The position numbers were made by a program, and so were the translations under genes. Under the pieces are notes generated by a model. The model made no database searches. It worked only from the letters and a program-made list of their open reading frames with translations, and was not told the origin of the DNA. Positions 38,168-47,602 of a stretch of 64,000 nucleotides of DNA are shown here, one piece after another. The DNA is from Pseudomonadota bacterium. GTDB taxonomy: Bacteria > Bdellovibrionota > Bdellovibrionia > Bdellovibrionales > JACTMU01. Each line of letters begins with the position of its first letter. Position 1 is the stretch's first letter. The stretch lies in the NCBI GenBank assembly GCA_014584465.1, contig JACTMU010000102.1:21896-85895 (forward strand), read 5' to 3'.

Positions 38168-38409
38168 GATTTGGAAAAGGATTTCATCTTTTGATTTTGA
38201 GATCCTGTTGTGGCCTCTTGGTCCCAACGCCGCTCAACACGACAATTCTCTTTCTCACTCGAATAGGAGGTAGAGAGGGACTTATAGATTTCACCTGCCT
38301 CATCTTGAGACATTGGATCATAGCCAACATCACCGCAGGATTGAAAAAATGTGGCAATGACGCCTAAAACTAGAATGAGCTTTATCGATATTCTCTTTTG
38401 ACTGATCAT
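38128..38409 (-). CDS. Small hypothetical lipoprotein
   Basis: MISQKRISIKLILVLGVIATFFQSC (lipobox). An AAGGGGGA RBS precedes the ATG at 38409. The last ~13 codons and the stop lie inside MITE copy D. Confidence 0.5.
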   Translation of the reverse strand: MISQKRISIKLILVLGVIATFFQSCGDVGYDPMSQDEAGEIYKSLSTSYSSEKENCRVERRWDQEATTGSQNQKMKSFSKSCLARNLLSSELP

Positions 38410-38559
38410 ACAATCCCCCTTTTCTAATCCTGCCTCTTTGATTTCAAGATGCATCAGGTTGAATCAGACGCTCTGGGCTCTGAAACCCATCATCCTCAAA
38501 TAGCGTGATACACTATGAGCTCTTGTGAAGAGAAAAGGTTGTAACAAAAGAAGATCCTA

Positions 38560-38605
38560 TTTTTAAAATGAGGCGCAAAGAGGCTCAAGAGTGTCTCTTT
38601 GCGCC
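38560..38605 (-). terminator. Rho-independent terminator overlapping the pyrophosphatase stop codon
   Basis: Perfect 11-bp stem (ggcgcaaagag, 38572-82 / ctctttgcgcc, 38595-605). On the minus strand it is followed by cattttaaaaata. Confidence 0.65.
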
Positions 38606-41065
38606 CCTTTTTCCAATCGCCGAAGAGATCTGCATGCGATAAAACGACCGCAAAACAAAGACAAGTCCGATCACAAAGAGAACGACCCCAAGCGCTCTTG
38701 CCAAGAACGGGGGAGCCGCCACGGCGATCTCAACAGCCAAGAGGCCAAAGAGGGTCGTGAACTTGATGATCGGATTGAGTGCCACACTGGAAGTGTCCTT
38801 GAAGGGATCTCCAACAGTGTCTCCCACAACTGTGGCAGCGTGAAGGTCCGTTCCCTTCTCACGAAGATCGACCTCTACAACTTTCTTGGCGTTATCCCAA
38901 GCTCCACCCGCGTTGGCCATAAACATCGCTTGAAAGAGGCCAAAAGCCGCAATGGAGATAAGGTAGCTCGCAAAAAAGGTCGGATCAAAAAAGGCAAATG
39001 CCAATGTAAAACAGAAGATCACCACAAAAATATTGAGCATTCCCATCTGCGCAAACTGGGTGCAGATTCGTACGACCGCCTTGGAATCCTCCACGGAAGC
39101 CTTTGTGCTCGTCTCAAGATTGATGTTTTCTTTGATGTATTCAACGGCACGATGGGCCCCAGTAACCACAGCCTGAATGGACGCTCCTGAAAACCAGTAG
39201 ATGACAGCCCCACCTGTAATCAAGCCCATCAGCACGCGCGGATCCAAAAGATCAAGATTCAAATGAAGAAGGAGAATGATCGAAAAGATCATCGTTGTGG
39301 ACCCAATCACAGCCGTTCCAATCAGTACGGGCTTTGCCGTCGCCTTAAAGGTGTTGCCCGCAGAATCATTCTCCTCGAGCAACTCCTTACCTCTTGTGAA
39401 ATTGGGTTTAAATCCAAAACCACTCTCAATTTCCGAAGAGATTGCTGGAAGAGTTTCAATTTGCGATAGCTCAAAGACACTTTGGGCGTTGTCGGTCACG
39501 GGACCATAGGAGTCCACGGCGATGGTCACCGGACCCATCCCAAGCATCCCAAAGGCAACCAACCCAAAGGCAAATACAGTGGGATAGACCATGATGGCCT
39601 CAAGCCCCGATTGAGCCGTCAGATAGGAGACGAGCATCAGGCCCACAATCACGAGCCCTTTCCAAAAGGCGCTGAAGTTCCCTGCAACAAGTCCTGATAG
39701 AATGTTCAAGCTCGGCCCGCCTTCACGTGAAGCGGCGACCACCTCTCGCACATGTTTTGAACTGGACGAGGTAAAGATCTTGGTGACCTCTGGGATGACC
39801 GCAGCAGCCAAGGTTCCACAACTGATGATCGTGGACAACTTCCACCACATGCCATCGGCCATATCTGAAATCAGCTCGTAACTGACAAGGTAAGTCACAA
39901 GAATTGAGACCAAAGAGGTGATCCACACAAGAGAGGTCAATGGCATTTCAAAATTAAAATGCTCTCTCTTACGCAAATTTGAAGTCAACACCAAGTTGAG
40001 AAAGTAAGAGCCGATCGAAGTCACCACCATAAGAATTCTCATGGTGAAGATCCAAATGATCAGACGTTCCTGCAGAAGCACTCCGCCGTCACCGATGATC
40101 AAAGATCCATCAGACCCACGCTGAAAGCCGACCGCCAAAACAATGAAACTGATCAGAGCAACGCCCGTCACACCATAAGTCTCAAAACCATCGGCCGTTG
40201 GACCCACAGAGTCACCCGCGTTGTCACCTGTACAGTCGGCAATCACACCCGGATTTCGTGCGTCATCTTCCTTGATCTTAAAGACAATCTTCATGAGATC
40301 AGATCCAATGTCGGCAATCTTGGTGAAGATTCCTCCTGCAATTCTCAGTGCCGACGCACCCAAGGACTCACCAATGGCAAATCCCACAAAACAGGCTCCT
40401 GCCGACTCTCGAGATACAAAGAGCAAAATGTAGATCATCATGATGAGCTCGACACAGATCAAAAGCACCCCGATGCTCATCCCCGCACGAAGAGGAATCT
40501 CCATCACAGGATAAGGATGACCCTTCAGAGAAGCAAAGGCCGTTCGTGAATTGGCATAGGTGTTCATGCGAATTCCAAACCAGGCCACTCCCATCGATCC
40601 CAAAATTCCCACAATGGACCAAAAGAGGATCAAAGTGGTCTTCCCAAAAGAGAATCCCTCAAGTCCAAAAAAATAGAGGTAGATGCAAGCCCCAATGAAC
40701 ACCTCAAGGAGCACCAAGAGCTTGCCCTGCTCCAAGAGATAAGATTTGCACGTCTCATAAATGAGATGTGAAACTTCAGCCATCGACCTGTGCACGGGCA
40801 GGGATTTGATCCTTAAGAACTCAATGCACCCGTAGAGAAACCCCAACAGACAGACGAGGATCCCAAACTTAAGGATCGCAGATCCTGTGAGTTCCATACC
40901 AAAGATGGTGTAACTTGTAAGAAGCTCTGGAATCTTCAGATCCGCCTCACTGGCCCAAGCTCCTGAACCAAAAAGAAAAATCGTCAACAGAGTCAAAAAA
41001 AGTCCAAACGGGAAACCACTTCGAAGACCAAGTGATCGCTTGCTCATCTCTTTCATGTTTTTCAT
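38585..41065 (-). CDS. hppA: Membrane-integral (V-type) inorganic pyrophosphatase
   Basis: M-PPase signatures: DCTGDNAGDSVGPTADGFETYG, VGDTVGDPFKDTSSVALNPIIKF, GGAWDNAKK. About 16 TM segments. Confidence 0.9.
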   Translation of the reverse strand: MKNMKEMSKRSLGLRSGFPFGLFLTLLTIFLFGSGAWASEADLKIPELLTSYTIFGMELTGSAILKFGILVCLLGFLYGCIEFLRIKSLPVHRSMAEVSHLIYETCKSYLLEQGKLLVLLEVFIGACIYLYFFGLEGFSFGKTTLILFWSIVGILGSMGVAWFGIRMNTYANSRTAFASLKGHPYPVMEIPLRAGMSIGVLLICVELIMMIYILLFVSRESAGACFVGFAIGESLGASALRIAGGIFTKIADIGSDLMKIVFKIKEDDARNPGVIADCTGDNAGDSVGPTADGFETYGVTGVALISFIVLAVGFQRGSDGSLIIGDGGVLLQERLIIWIFTMRILMVVTSIGSYFLNLVLTSNLRKREHFNFEMPLTSLVWITSLVSILVTYLVSYELISDMADGMWWKLSTIISCGTLAAAVIPEVTKIFTSSSSKHVREVVAASREGGPSLNILSGLVAGNFSAFWKGLVIVGLMLVSYLTAQSGLEAIMVYPTVFAFGLVAFGMLGMGPVTIAVDSYGPVTDNAQSVFELSQIETLPAISSEIESGFGFKPNFTRGKELLEENDSAGNTFKATAKPVLIGTAVIGSTTMIFSIILLLHLNLDLLDPRVLMGLITGGAVIYWFSGASIQAVVTGAHRAVEYIKENINLETSTKASVEDSKAVVRICTQFAQMGMLNIFVVIFCFTLAFAFFDPTFFASYLISIAAFGLFQAMFMANAGGAWDNAKKVVEVDLREKGTDLHAATVVGDTVGDPFKDTSSVALNPIIKFTTLFGLLAVEIAVAAPPFLARALGVVLFVIGLVFVLRSFYRMQISSAIGKRGAKRHS

Positions 41066-41229
41066 AAAAAGGGATCCTCAATAGAGAGTATGTTTTTGAT
41101 AAATTTGACGCTGGAAACTATCGATTCCCCACCAAAGAGTCAAAGGGATTTCAAGGCCTAAGTCGCGATTGTGCATCCAACCCGCCCAATATTCGATCCT
41201 CTTCAACGTTGTCCTATTATAATTGGACT

Positions 41230-42210
41230 ATGTTCAAGGCATTGCAAAATCGACGCAATAAGGGGCTATGCCTCCTTGGAATCTATGGGTTTGGAACCTT
41301 AGGGTATCTGGTGCCCACCACCCAGATCCAAGCCGCCATCCAACAGCCTCCGTCCCTTCAACTGACCCAAGAATCTACAAAACTCTTTGACCTTCCCGTA
41401 ACTTACAACTCACAGGTAAAGTTTTGGGTTCGCCATTTTCAATCTTCAGGAAAGCAATGGTTTCGAAAGTGGCTGGAAAGGTCCTCAAGGTACCTTCCGA
41501 CGATTCAGCGGATTCTTAGCGATGAGGGGCTGCCACTCGATTTGGGTTATCTTGCGATGATCGAAAGCGGCTTTTCCAACCATGCGGTCAGTACGGCGCA
41601 GGCCGTAGGTCCTTGGCAATTCATCCGTGCGACCGGGCACCGCTATGGCCTCAAGATCGCGTGGTGGATTGATGAACGAAAGGATCTCGAAAAGAGCTCA
41701 CGGGCGGCGGCACGCTATATAAAGGATCTCTACAAGATCTTTCAATCATGGCACCTTGTCGCAGCCAGTTACAACATGGGAGAGTCTGGCGTTCAGCGGA
41801 TCATTCGAAAGTACAACTCCCACAACTATTGGGTCCTGGTCCAAAAGGGAGCATTTTCCCAAGAGACTCAAAACTATGTGCCTAAACTTATGGCAGCCAT
41901 GCTGATCGCCAAAGCTCCGGGACTCTATGGGTTTCGAAACCTAAAGGGATACCCCCCGCTTCAATACGACTCCTTTTACCTACCTGGAGGGACAAGTCTC
42001 CAACTTCTCGCCGACCACCTTGGCGTCACCCGCGAATACCTCAGCGACCTGAACCCGGAACTCACCAAGGGGATCATCCCCTCCAATGTGAAGGGTCATC
42101 GCATTCGCATTCCAAAGCGCTCAATACCTGAAGTCTCAGATTTCATTCGAAAGCGTCTGGAGGGTCGAGCTGAAACGAAGTTAAGCTCCAACGACCCCAA
42201 TGCAGTTTGA
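41230..42210 (+). CDS. MltD-like lytic transglycosylase with a C-terminal LysM
   Basis: SLT catalytic region LGYLAMIESGFSNHAVSTAQAVGPWQFIRATG...AASYNMGESGV. LysM-like segment YLPGGTSLQLLADHLGVTREYLSDLNPEL. ATG at 41230; the ORF-track TTG is 41209. Confidence 0.85.
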   Translation: MFKALQNRRNKGLCLLGIYGFGTLGYLVPTTQIQAAIQQPPSLQLTQESTKLFDLPVTYNSQVKFWVRHFQSSGKQWFRKWLERSSRYLPTIQRILSDEGLPLDLGYLAMIESGFSNHAVSTAQAVGPWQFIRATGHRYGLKIAWWIDERKDLEKSSRAAARYIKDLYKIFQSWHLVAASYNMGESGVQRIIRKYNSHNYWVLVQKGAFSQETQNYVPKLMAAMLIAKAPGLYGFRNLKGYPPLQYDSFYLPGGTSLQLLADHLGVTREYLSDLNPELTKGIIPSNVKGHRIRIPKRSIPEVSDFIRKRLEGRAETKLSSNDPNAV

Positions 42211-42283
42211 AACGAGATTTGGGCTTTCACACTTGAAGGATGGGCTGGCCAACCAGGCCGCACTCTGATATGAAAGGGCCTCT

Positions 42284-43480
42284 ATGGGTCTTGTGGTTCA
42301 AAAATATGGCGGAAGCAGCCTGGAAACTCCAGAGCATCTAAAGAGTGTGGCAAGGAGGATCTCCCACCTCCACCTCGTAGAAAAGCTCCAGGTCATAGTT
42401 GTTGTCAGCGCAATGGGAAAGACCACCGATCGACTGACCGATCTTGCCTACTCGGTCTCTGCGACCCCGTCACGTCGAGAACTTGATATGCTCCTCTCCA
42501 CTGGAGAGCGTGTCTCGATGGCTCTTCTTACGATGGCTCTTCACGACCAGGGCTGTCCGGCAATCAGCTTTACCGGAAGTCAAGCCGGCCTCTTCACCTG
42601 CAACTCTCACAGCAACGCTCGAATCAAGGATATCCGCCCAATTCGTGTTGAGAGTGAACTTCAACGAGGGGTGGTCGTTCTTGCAGGTTTTCAGGGTGTT
42701 GATCCGATCACCAAGGAGATCACCACGCTGGGGCGAGGAGGCTCAGACACAACTGCCGTGGCCATGGCCGCCCACTTTAAGGCTCCTCGATGTGAAATTT
42801 TAAAAGACGTTTCTGGCGTACTTTCCGGAGATCCCAAGTTTGTGGATCAACCCTATCTGCGCCCCGAACTGACCTTTGACGCGCTCTTGGAGATGACCTA
42901 TTGGGGATCCAAGGTGCTCCACTTTCGAAGTGTGGAACTTGCAAAGGCCATGAATGTCCCCCTGCTCATTGCTCCTGCCCATGAGTCGGCACCCGGAACA
43001 CGAATCGTTATGGAGAGTCCTATGTACGAAGAGAGTCAAGTTTTAGCAGTTCATTCCCACGCACTCGTCCAAAAAATCAAATTCAAGGGTGAAAAGAATA
43101 TGGCCCTGGCTTTTCAATCCCTTAGGAACGCTCTTAAGAAAGATCGAATCCCTTGGCCACAAATATTGGCCACTACTGAGGAGTATGGGCAGATCTATTT
43201 CTACCTAACCGCACCTAAGGAGACCATCGGCTCCATTCACAATCTCATTGAACAGACCACGGAGTTGGAGAGTGACCCAACCACATTGAGCTCCATCACT
43301 TTGACCTGCAAAGGATGTGTGGGTTCAGATCTTCCTGTGCAAATTGTGGAGACTTTAAATCAACGAGAAATTCCGGTTCATCTCTTTCTTCCAAGCCCAC
43401 TCAGCGCCACGGTCTTTCTTTCCCAGTCAAAGAGGGAGAGTGCGATGGCCGTTCTTCATGAACGTTTCATTCAGAGGTAG
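42284..43480 (+). CDS. lysC: Monofunctional aspartate kinase
   Basis: [37 protein letters not shown]-terminal ACT-like region. Confidence 0.9.
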   Translation: MGLVVQKYGGSSLETPEHLKSVARRISHLHLVEKLQVIVVVSAMGKTTDRLTDLAYSVSATPSRRELDMLLSTGERVSMALLTMALHDQGCPAISFTGSQAGLFTCNSHSNARIKDIRPIRVESELQRGVVVLAGFQGVDPITKEITTLGRGGSDTTAVAMAAHFKAPRCEILKDVSGVLSGDPKFVDQPYLRPELTFDALLEMTYWGSKVLHFRSVELAKAMNVPLLIAPAHESAPGTRIVMESPMYEESQVLAVHSHALVQKIKFKGEKNMALAFQSLRNALKKDRIPWPQILATTEEYGQIYFYLTAPKETIGSIHNLIEQTTELESDPTTLSSITLTCKGCVGSDLPVQIVETLNQREIPVHLFLPSPLSATVFLSQSKRESAMAVLHERFIQR

Positions 43481-43510
43481 CTTGCACTGACTCGTGCTAA
43501 CTGGTGCTGA

Positions 43511-44281
43511 CTATTCAAGAAGAACCTTTTGGCGAAACAGCTCTCGAAGCCTCTGGTTCTCGCTGGCTCGTGCCTCAGCCTGTGCCTTTTTGGACCGATG
43601 CTCTCTTGCCATGGCAAGCTCCCGATGGTGTACGAGCTCCTGATGAATCTCTGAAGAGAGACCCACGGCATTGAGCCAAATGGGACGCCACTCTTCCAAA
43701 GCTGCGCGAAATTCCGTTCGTGATCCAGGAAAGAGTCGCGCCCACACTTCAATGTGTGATTCAATGTCGATGGCCCGCGGAATTCCCATCTGAGCCCTTC
43801 CACGACGATCAACTCTTGATATCCAGTTTTGAAAACCAGACTCCAAAACATAGACCTGAGAGTCCCCTCGCAATCGAATCTCCACGGGACCTCGAACAGA
43901 AAGAATCAGAATTTGACTCTCCTCTCTTCGAATCCAAAATTCATACCGACTGGAGAACTGGGCTGCTTCCGTTTCAACCGTCAAGATTTCGCTCTGACCT
44001 TTTTGGGGGCTAACCCAAAGATTTCCTGAGATCAATCGAAAAACTCCAGGTTCCAACCTCAACAAGAGGGTTTGCCAATCCATCGTGAGGGTCGCACTCT
44101 TCTCAATCCACTTGAACTTCCTTCGCTCCGACGTTCGAACCGCGCAATAGGAATTCCCTTGCAAACACTCATTGGGTTCTTGAAGTACGAGGGAGGGCTC
44201 CTCATTTGGAAGGGCCACGATCTCACCGGCGTGAGCGACATCGAATGCAAGAATCAAAGCAAGCAGTCCCACCACGATCAT
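43511..44281 (-). CDS. Hypothetical secreted protein (FecR-like beta-sandwich suspected)
   Basis: Signal peptide MIVVGLLALILAFDVAHA. A repetitive beta-strand pattern reminiscent of FecR. 4-nt overlap with the upstream TPR gene. Confidence 0.4.
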   Translation of the reverse strand: MIVVGLLALILAFDVAHAGEIVALPNEEPSLVLQEPNECLQGNSYCAVRTSERRKFKWIEKSATLTMDWQTLLLRLEPGVFRLISGNLWVSPQKGQSEILTVETEAAQFSSRYEFWIRREESQILILSVRGPVEIRLRGDSQVYVLESGFQNWISRVDRRGRAQMGIPRAIDIESHIEVWARLFPGSRTEFRAALEEWRPIWLNAVGLSSEIHQELVHHRELAMAREHRSKKAQAEARASENQRLRELFRQKVLLE

Positions 44282-44970
44282 AGTTCAACCGCTTTAAGTC
44301 GAGATTGAGCCTCCTGAACCAGCATTGATTCGTCTTTGAACATCTTTGAAATTGTGCGGTAGACAACTTCAGCATCCTCAAACCGATCTTGACTCTCAAA
44401 AATCTTCCCCAGTCGAAGCATCCCATATCCCGTCAACGAACTTTCGGGAAACAGGGTGATCATCGCATCGAGGTTTCGAACAGATCCTTCGAAATCACCT
44501 GCCTGAAACTGACCCTCCGCCAGCAAAAAATAGGATTCTGCGAGATGAACCGTATCCGGGTAGTTTTGTATGAGACTTGAAAAGATCCTGTTGGATCTCT
44601 CATATTCACCCTGCTGAAAATGGGTTTTTGCTTTCGAAAAGAGAACTCCGGCGCGCTCAAGACCCAGGTTCAAAGACTTCTGTTCAAAGACGATGGTTGC
44701 AAGATTTCGTAAAGGATAGTCATCTGCTCGATTGGATCTTTGGGGCTTCAAGGCCTCCGGCAGGAGAGTTGCAACGACCTGGCGGAAATCATCTAACTGA
44801 TGAGCCATAAGATCTCGACGTAGGGTTTCTCGAGCAAGCCTCTCCTTCAACTTGCCAACCTCACCTCTTAACCGATCACTCTGACTGAAGTAGTTATGAA
44901 AATAGGATCTCACCTCAATCAGGGCCAAAGTCAGACACAGAATGAAGAGAACGAATCGAGTCATCGCCAT
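44278..44970 (-). CDS. YbgF/CpoB-like coiled-coil + TPR protein
   Basis: Signal/TM N-terminus. Coiled coil (RLRGEVGKLKERLARETLRRDLMAHQL). TPR repeats (FQQGEYERSNRIFSSLIQNYPDTVHLAESYFLLAEGQFQAGDFEGS...). Confidence 0.65.
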   Translation of the reverse strand: MAMTRFVLFILCLTLALIEVRSYFHNYFSQSDRLRGEVGKLKERLARETLRRDLMAHQLDDFRQVVATLLPEALKPQRSNRADDYPLRNLATIVFEQKSLNLGLERAGVLFSKAKTHFQQGEYERSNRIFSSLIQNYPDTVHLAESYFLLAEGQFQAGDFEGSVRNLDAMITLFPESSLTGYGMLRLGKIFESQDRFEDAEVVYRTISKMFKDESMLVQEAQSRLKAVEL

Positions 44971-45216
44971 AAGACTCTTATCGGATCAAAGTTGGGAAAA
45001 GTAGAGAGTGTCTTAATAAGAGACACAAACCTTTCGACCCGTTGAGATCCGTAAGGTTATGGAAATCTATACAATCTGGCTAAATACTTAGAATTCCTTG
45101 AAATTCTTAGATTTTCGAACAAGGACACCTTCAATGGCCCCACGTAGATCCACCCTCTCTACGTAGACCTGGCCAATTGCACTTGATGAACGATCCAAAG
45201 GCCGATACAAAGGACT

Positions 45217-47595
45217 ATGTTCCCAATACGACAAACCGTACCGATCAATTTAACCATTCCTCTTCTGGTTCTTTCAGTTTTGCCCTATTTGCTTATTATC
45301 TTTGGGATCGATCTCACTTTCCATTTCAGAAATCAGTCAGGTGTACTCCTATCTTCGGAAAACGAGGTTGTACACCTCTTCTTTGATCTAGGAGCTGTGA
45401 TCATTGGCTGTGTCACACTCCCCTTTGCGCTTGCTCACTTTCGACTTCGAGGGGATCCCCTTGCTGTGGTGATCGGTATGGGTCTTGGAGCTGCCTCGAT
45501 CCTATTTGGGCTTCACACCTTGATTGTGAATCACATCATTCCTTTTGCGGTGGAGATACGGTCGGCGGCCGCGGCCAGCTGGACTCTCGCACAGACCTAC
45601 TATGTTTTGGCACTGATCGGTGGAGTGAGCTACCTCCACCTGACCCACAATCGAAGAGAAGAGCTTACCAAAAAAAATCTCAGCTACCTTGTGGCCTTCG
45701 TCTTTCTTGGGGCGTTGGTGGCAGGAATCACCCTCTACACGATCATCCAGCGTCCTTGGAATTACACACTCTTTTATGGCAACGCCATTACAAAGCGGCC
45801 ACTTGATCTCATCCCTCTATTTCTTTGGGTCTATTTCGGAATATTCTATTTTCTCTTCTTCTATCAAAAACGTAGAACCATCTTCAGCTCCACACTTCTA
45901 TTGAGCATGATCCCCCTTGTAGCTTCTCAATTCCACATGACATTTGGAACAGAGGACCTTGGGGACAACCATGCCAACTCAGCTCATCTTCTGCTCATCG
46001 TGGGGTTTTCAATCCCCTTTCTGGGAATCGTGGCAAATTACTTTAAGGTCCATCGGGACCTTGAGCAGAGTCTTGAACTTAAGGTGTGTGCACTTGCAAT
46101 GGATAGCGTAAAAAACGGAATATTGATCACAGACCCAAACCTTCCTGACAACCCCATTGTCTACTGCAATCAGGCCTTTTCGGATCTCACGGGTTACTCT
46201 CGAGCAGAGGTGCTTGGGAAAAATCCCCGCTTCCTCCATGAGAGAGATCCACAGCAGTCGGGTATTGAAGATCTTCGCAAGGCGGTCCAACATAAATCTC
46301 AAGGCAGTTCGATCGTTCGAAATTATAAAAAAACAGGTGAGATGTTTTGGTGCGAGGTGACGGTTGCGCCCGTCTTTGATGGTCAGGGTCATTTGGTGAA
46401 CTATGTAGGAAGTCAAAACGATGTGACCAGCAAACGAATGGCTGAGGTGGCGGAAATAGAACGGGCGCGAGCCGTGGCGTCAGACGAAGCAAAATCTCTC
46501 TTTCTTGCAACTATGAGCCATGAAATTCGAAGTCCTCTGACTTCAATCATTGGCTTTTCTGAACTTCTTTCTGGCTTTAAGTACGAACGACCTGAACAGG
46601 CCGAATACATTCGAAAGATCCTTAAGAACTCAAACCATCTGCAAAGGTTGGTGAATGACATCCTGGATCTCACTCGCCTTGAGTCTTCGGAGTTTCAGAT
46701 CAAATCGACCACCTTTTCTCTTCGTGACGAGTTTGAGACTGCGGTCAACTCTTTCAAGATTCATGGCAAAAAGGGTCTTAGCCTTAAACTCACTTTTGAT
46801 CCATCCGTTCCGCAATGGATTGAGACAGATTTGATTCTACTACGTCAGGTTTTGATCAATTTGCTCAGCAATGCAGTCAAATTCACTCGTCACGGTGATG
46901 TCACTGTCACTGTCTCCTTTGATCCTCCTACGACCTCTTTGACTTTTTCAGTCTGCGACACCGGCTGTGGAATTCCCATAGAGCACCAAAAGGACATTTT
47001 TAAACTCTTTCACCGTGCCCATGACGATCCGGCGCTCTATCCGGGAACGGGATTGGGCCTGAATCTCTGTCAAAAGATTGTAAATCGCCTGAGTGGTCGT
47101 ATCGAACTTATTGAAAGCGTTGTCGGAAAGGGGAGTCGTTTTGACGTTACAATCCCTGTAAAATCAGTAACCCCCTCGAAAGAGGCCAGCGAAGATCGCA
47201 ACCCGAAAGATCTTGACGCCTCTGTAAGGAGTGCTCTTGAGGGAAAGCGAATCCTTGTCGTGGATGACAGTGAAGACATTCGTTTTCTCTTCAAACGCCT
47301 CTTGGGAAAGGTGGGAGCGCAGATTCGAGAAGCCGAAGATGGCCCCAGAGGAATTGCACTCTCCAACAAAGAGCCATTTGATCTCATTCTCATTGATGTA
47401 CAGATGCCCGGAATGAATGGACGTCAAGCCACAAAGGTCATGCGATCTCAGGGATTTGACCGACCCATCATTGCACTTACTGCAAGTGCCACAAATGAGG
47501 AGCGCGAAAGTTGCCTTGCAGCAGGTTGCAGTGACTTCTGTGGCAAACCGATCACCAGTGAGGCCCTTCTCAATAAGATCACCTCCTGGATTTAG
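45217..47595 (+). CDS. Hybrid sensor histidine kinase: polytopic membrane domain + LOV-type PAS + HisKA/HATPase + receiver
   Basis: About 7 TM segments at the N-terminus. LOV block ILITDPNLPDNPIVYCNQAFSDLTGYSRAEVLGKNPRFLHE...RNYKKTGEMFWCEVTVAPVFD...YVGSQNDVT. H-box MSHEIRSPL. N/G boxes (LLSNAVKFT, DTGCGI, GTGLGL). Receiver (ILVVDDS, DLILIDVQMPGMNG, LTAS, KP). Confidence 0.9.
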   Translation: MFPIRQTVPINLTIPLLVLSVLPYLLIIFGIDLTFHFRNQSGVLLSSENEVVHLFFDLGAVIIGCVTLPFALAHFRLRGDPLAVVIGMGLGAASILFGLHTLIVNHIIPFAVEIRSAAAASWTLAQTYYVLALIGGVSYLHLTHNRREELTKKNLSYLVAFVFLGALVAGITLYTIIQRPWNYTLFYGNAITKRPLDLIPLFLWVYFGIFYFLFFYQKRRTIFSSTLLLSMIPLVASQFHMTFGTEDLGDNHANSAHLLLIVGFSIPFLGIVANYFKVHRDLEQSLELKVCALAMDSVKNGILITDPNLPDNPIVYCNQAFSDLTGYSRAEVLGKNPRFLHERDPQQSGIEDLRKAVQHKSQGSSIVRNYKKTGEMFWCEVTVAPVFDGQGHLVNYVGSQNDVTSKRMAEVAEIERARAVASDEAKSLFLATMSHEIRSPLTSIIGFSELLSGFKYERPEQAEYIRKILKNSNHLQRLVNDILDLTRLESSEFQIKSTTFSLRDEFETAVNSFKIHGKKGLSLKLTFDPSVPQWIETDLILLRQVLINLLSNAVKFTRHGDVTVTVSFDPPTTSLTFSVCDTGCGIPIEHQKDIFKLFHRAHDDPALYPGTGLGLNLCQKIVNRLSGRIELIESVVGKGSRFDVTIPVKSVTPSKEASEDRNPKDLDASVRSALEGKRILVVDDSEDIRFLFKRLLGKVGAQIREAEDGPRGIALSNKEPFDLILIDVQMPGMNGRQATKVMRSQGFDRPIIALTASATNEERESCLAAGCSDFCGKPITSEALLNKITSWI

Positions 47596-47602
47596 TGCTT
47601 GT

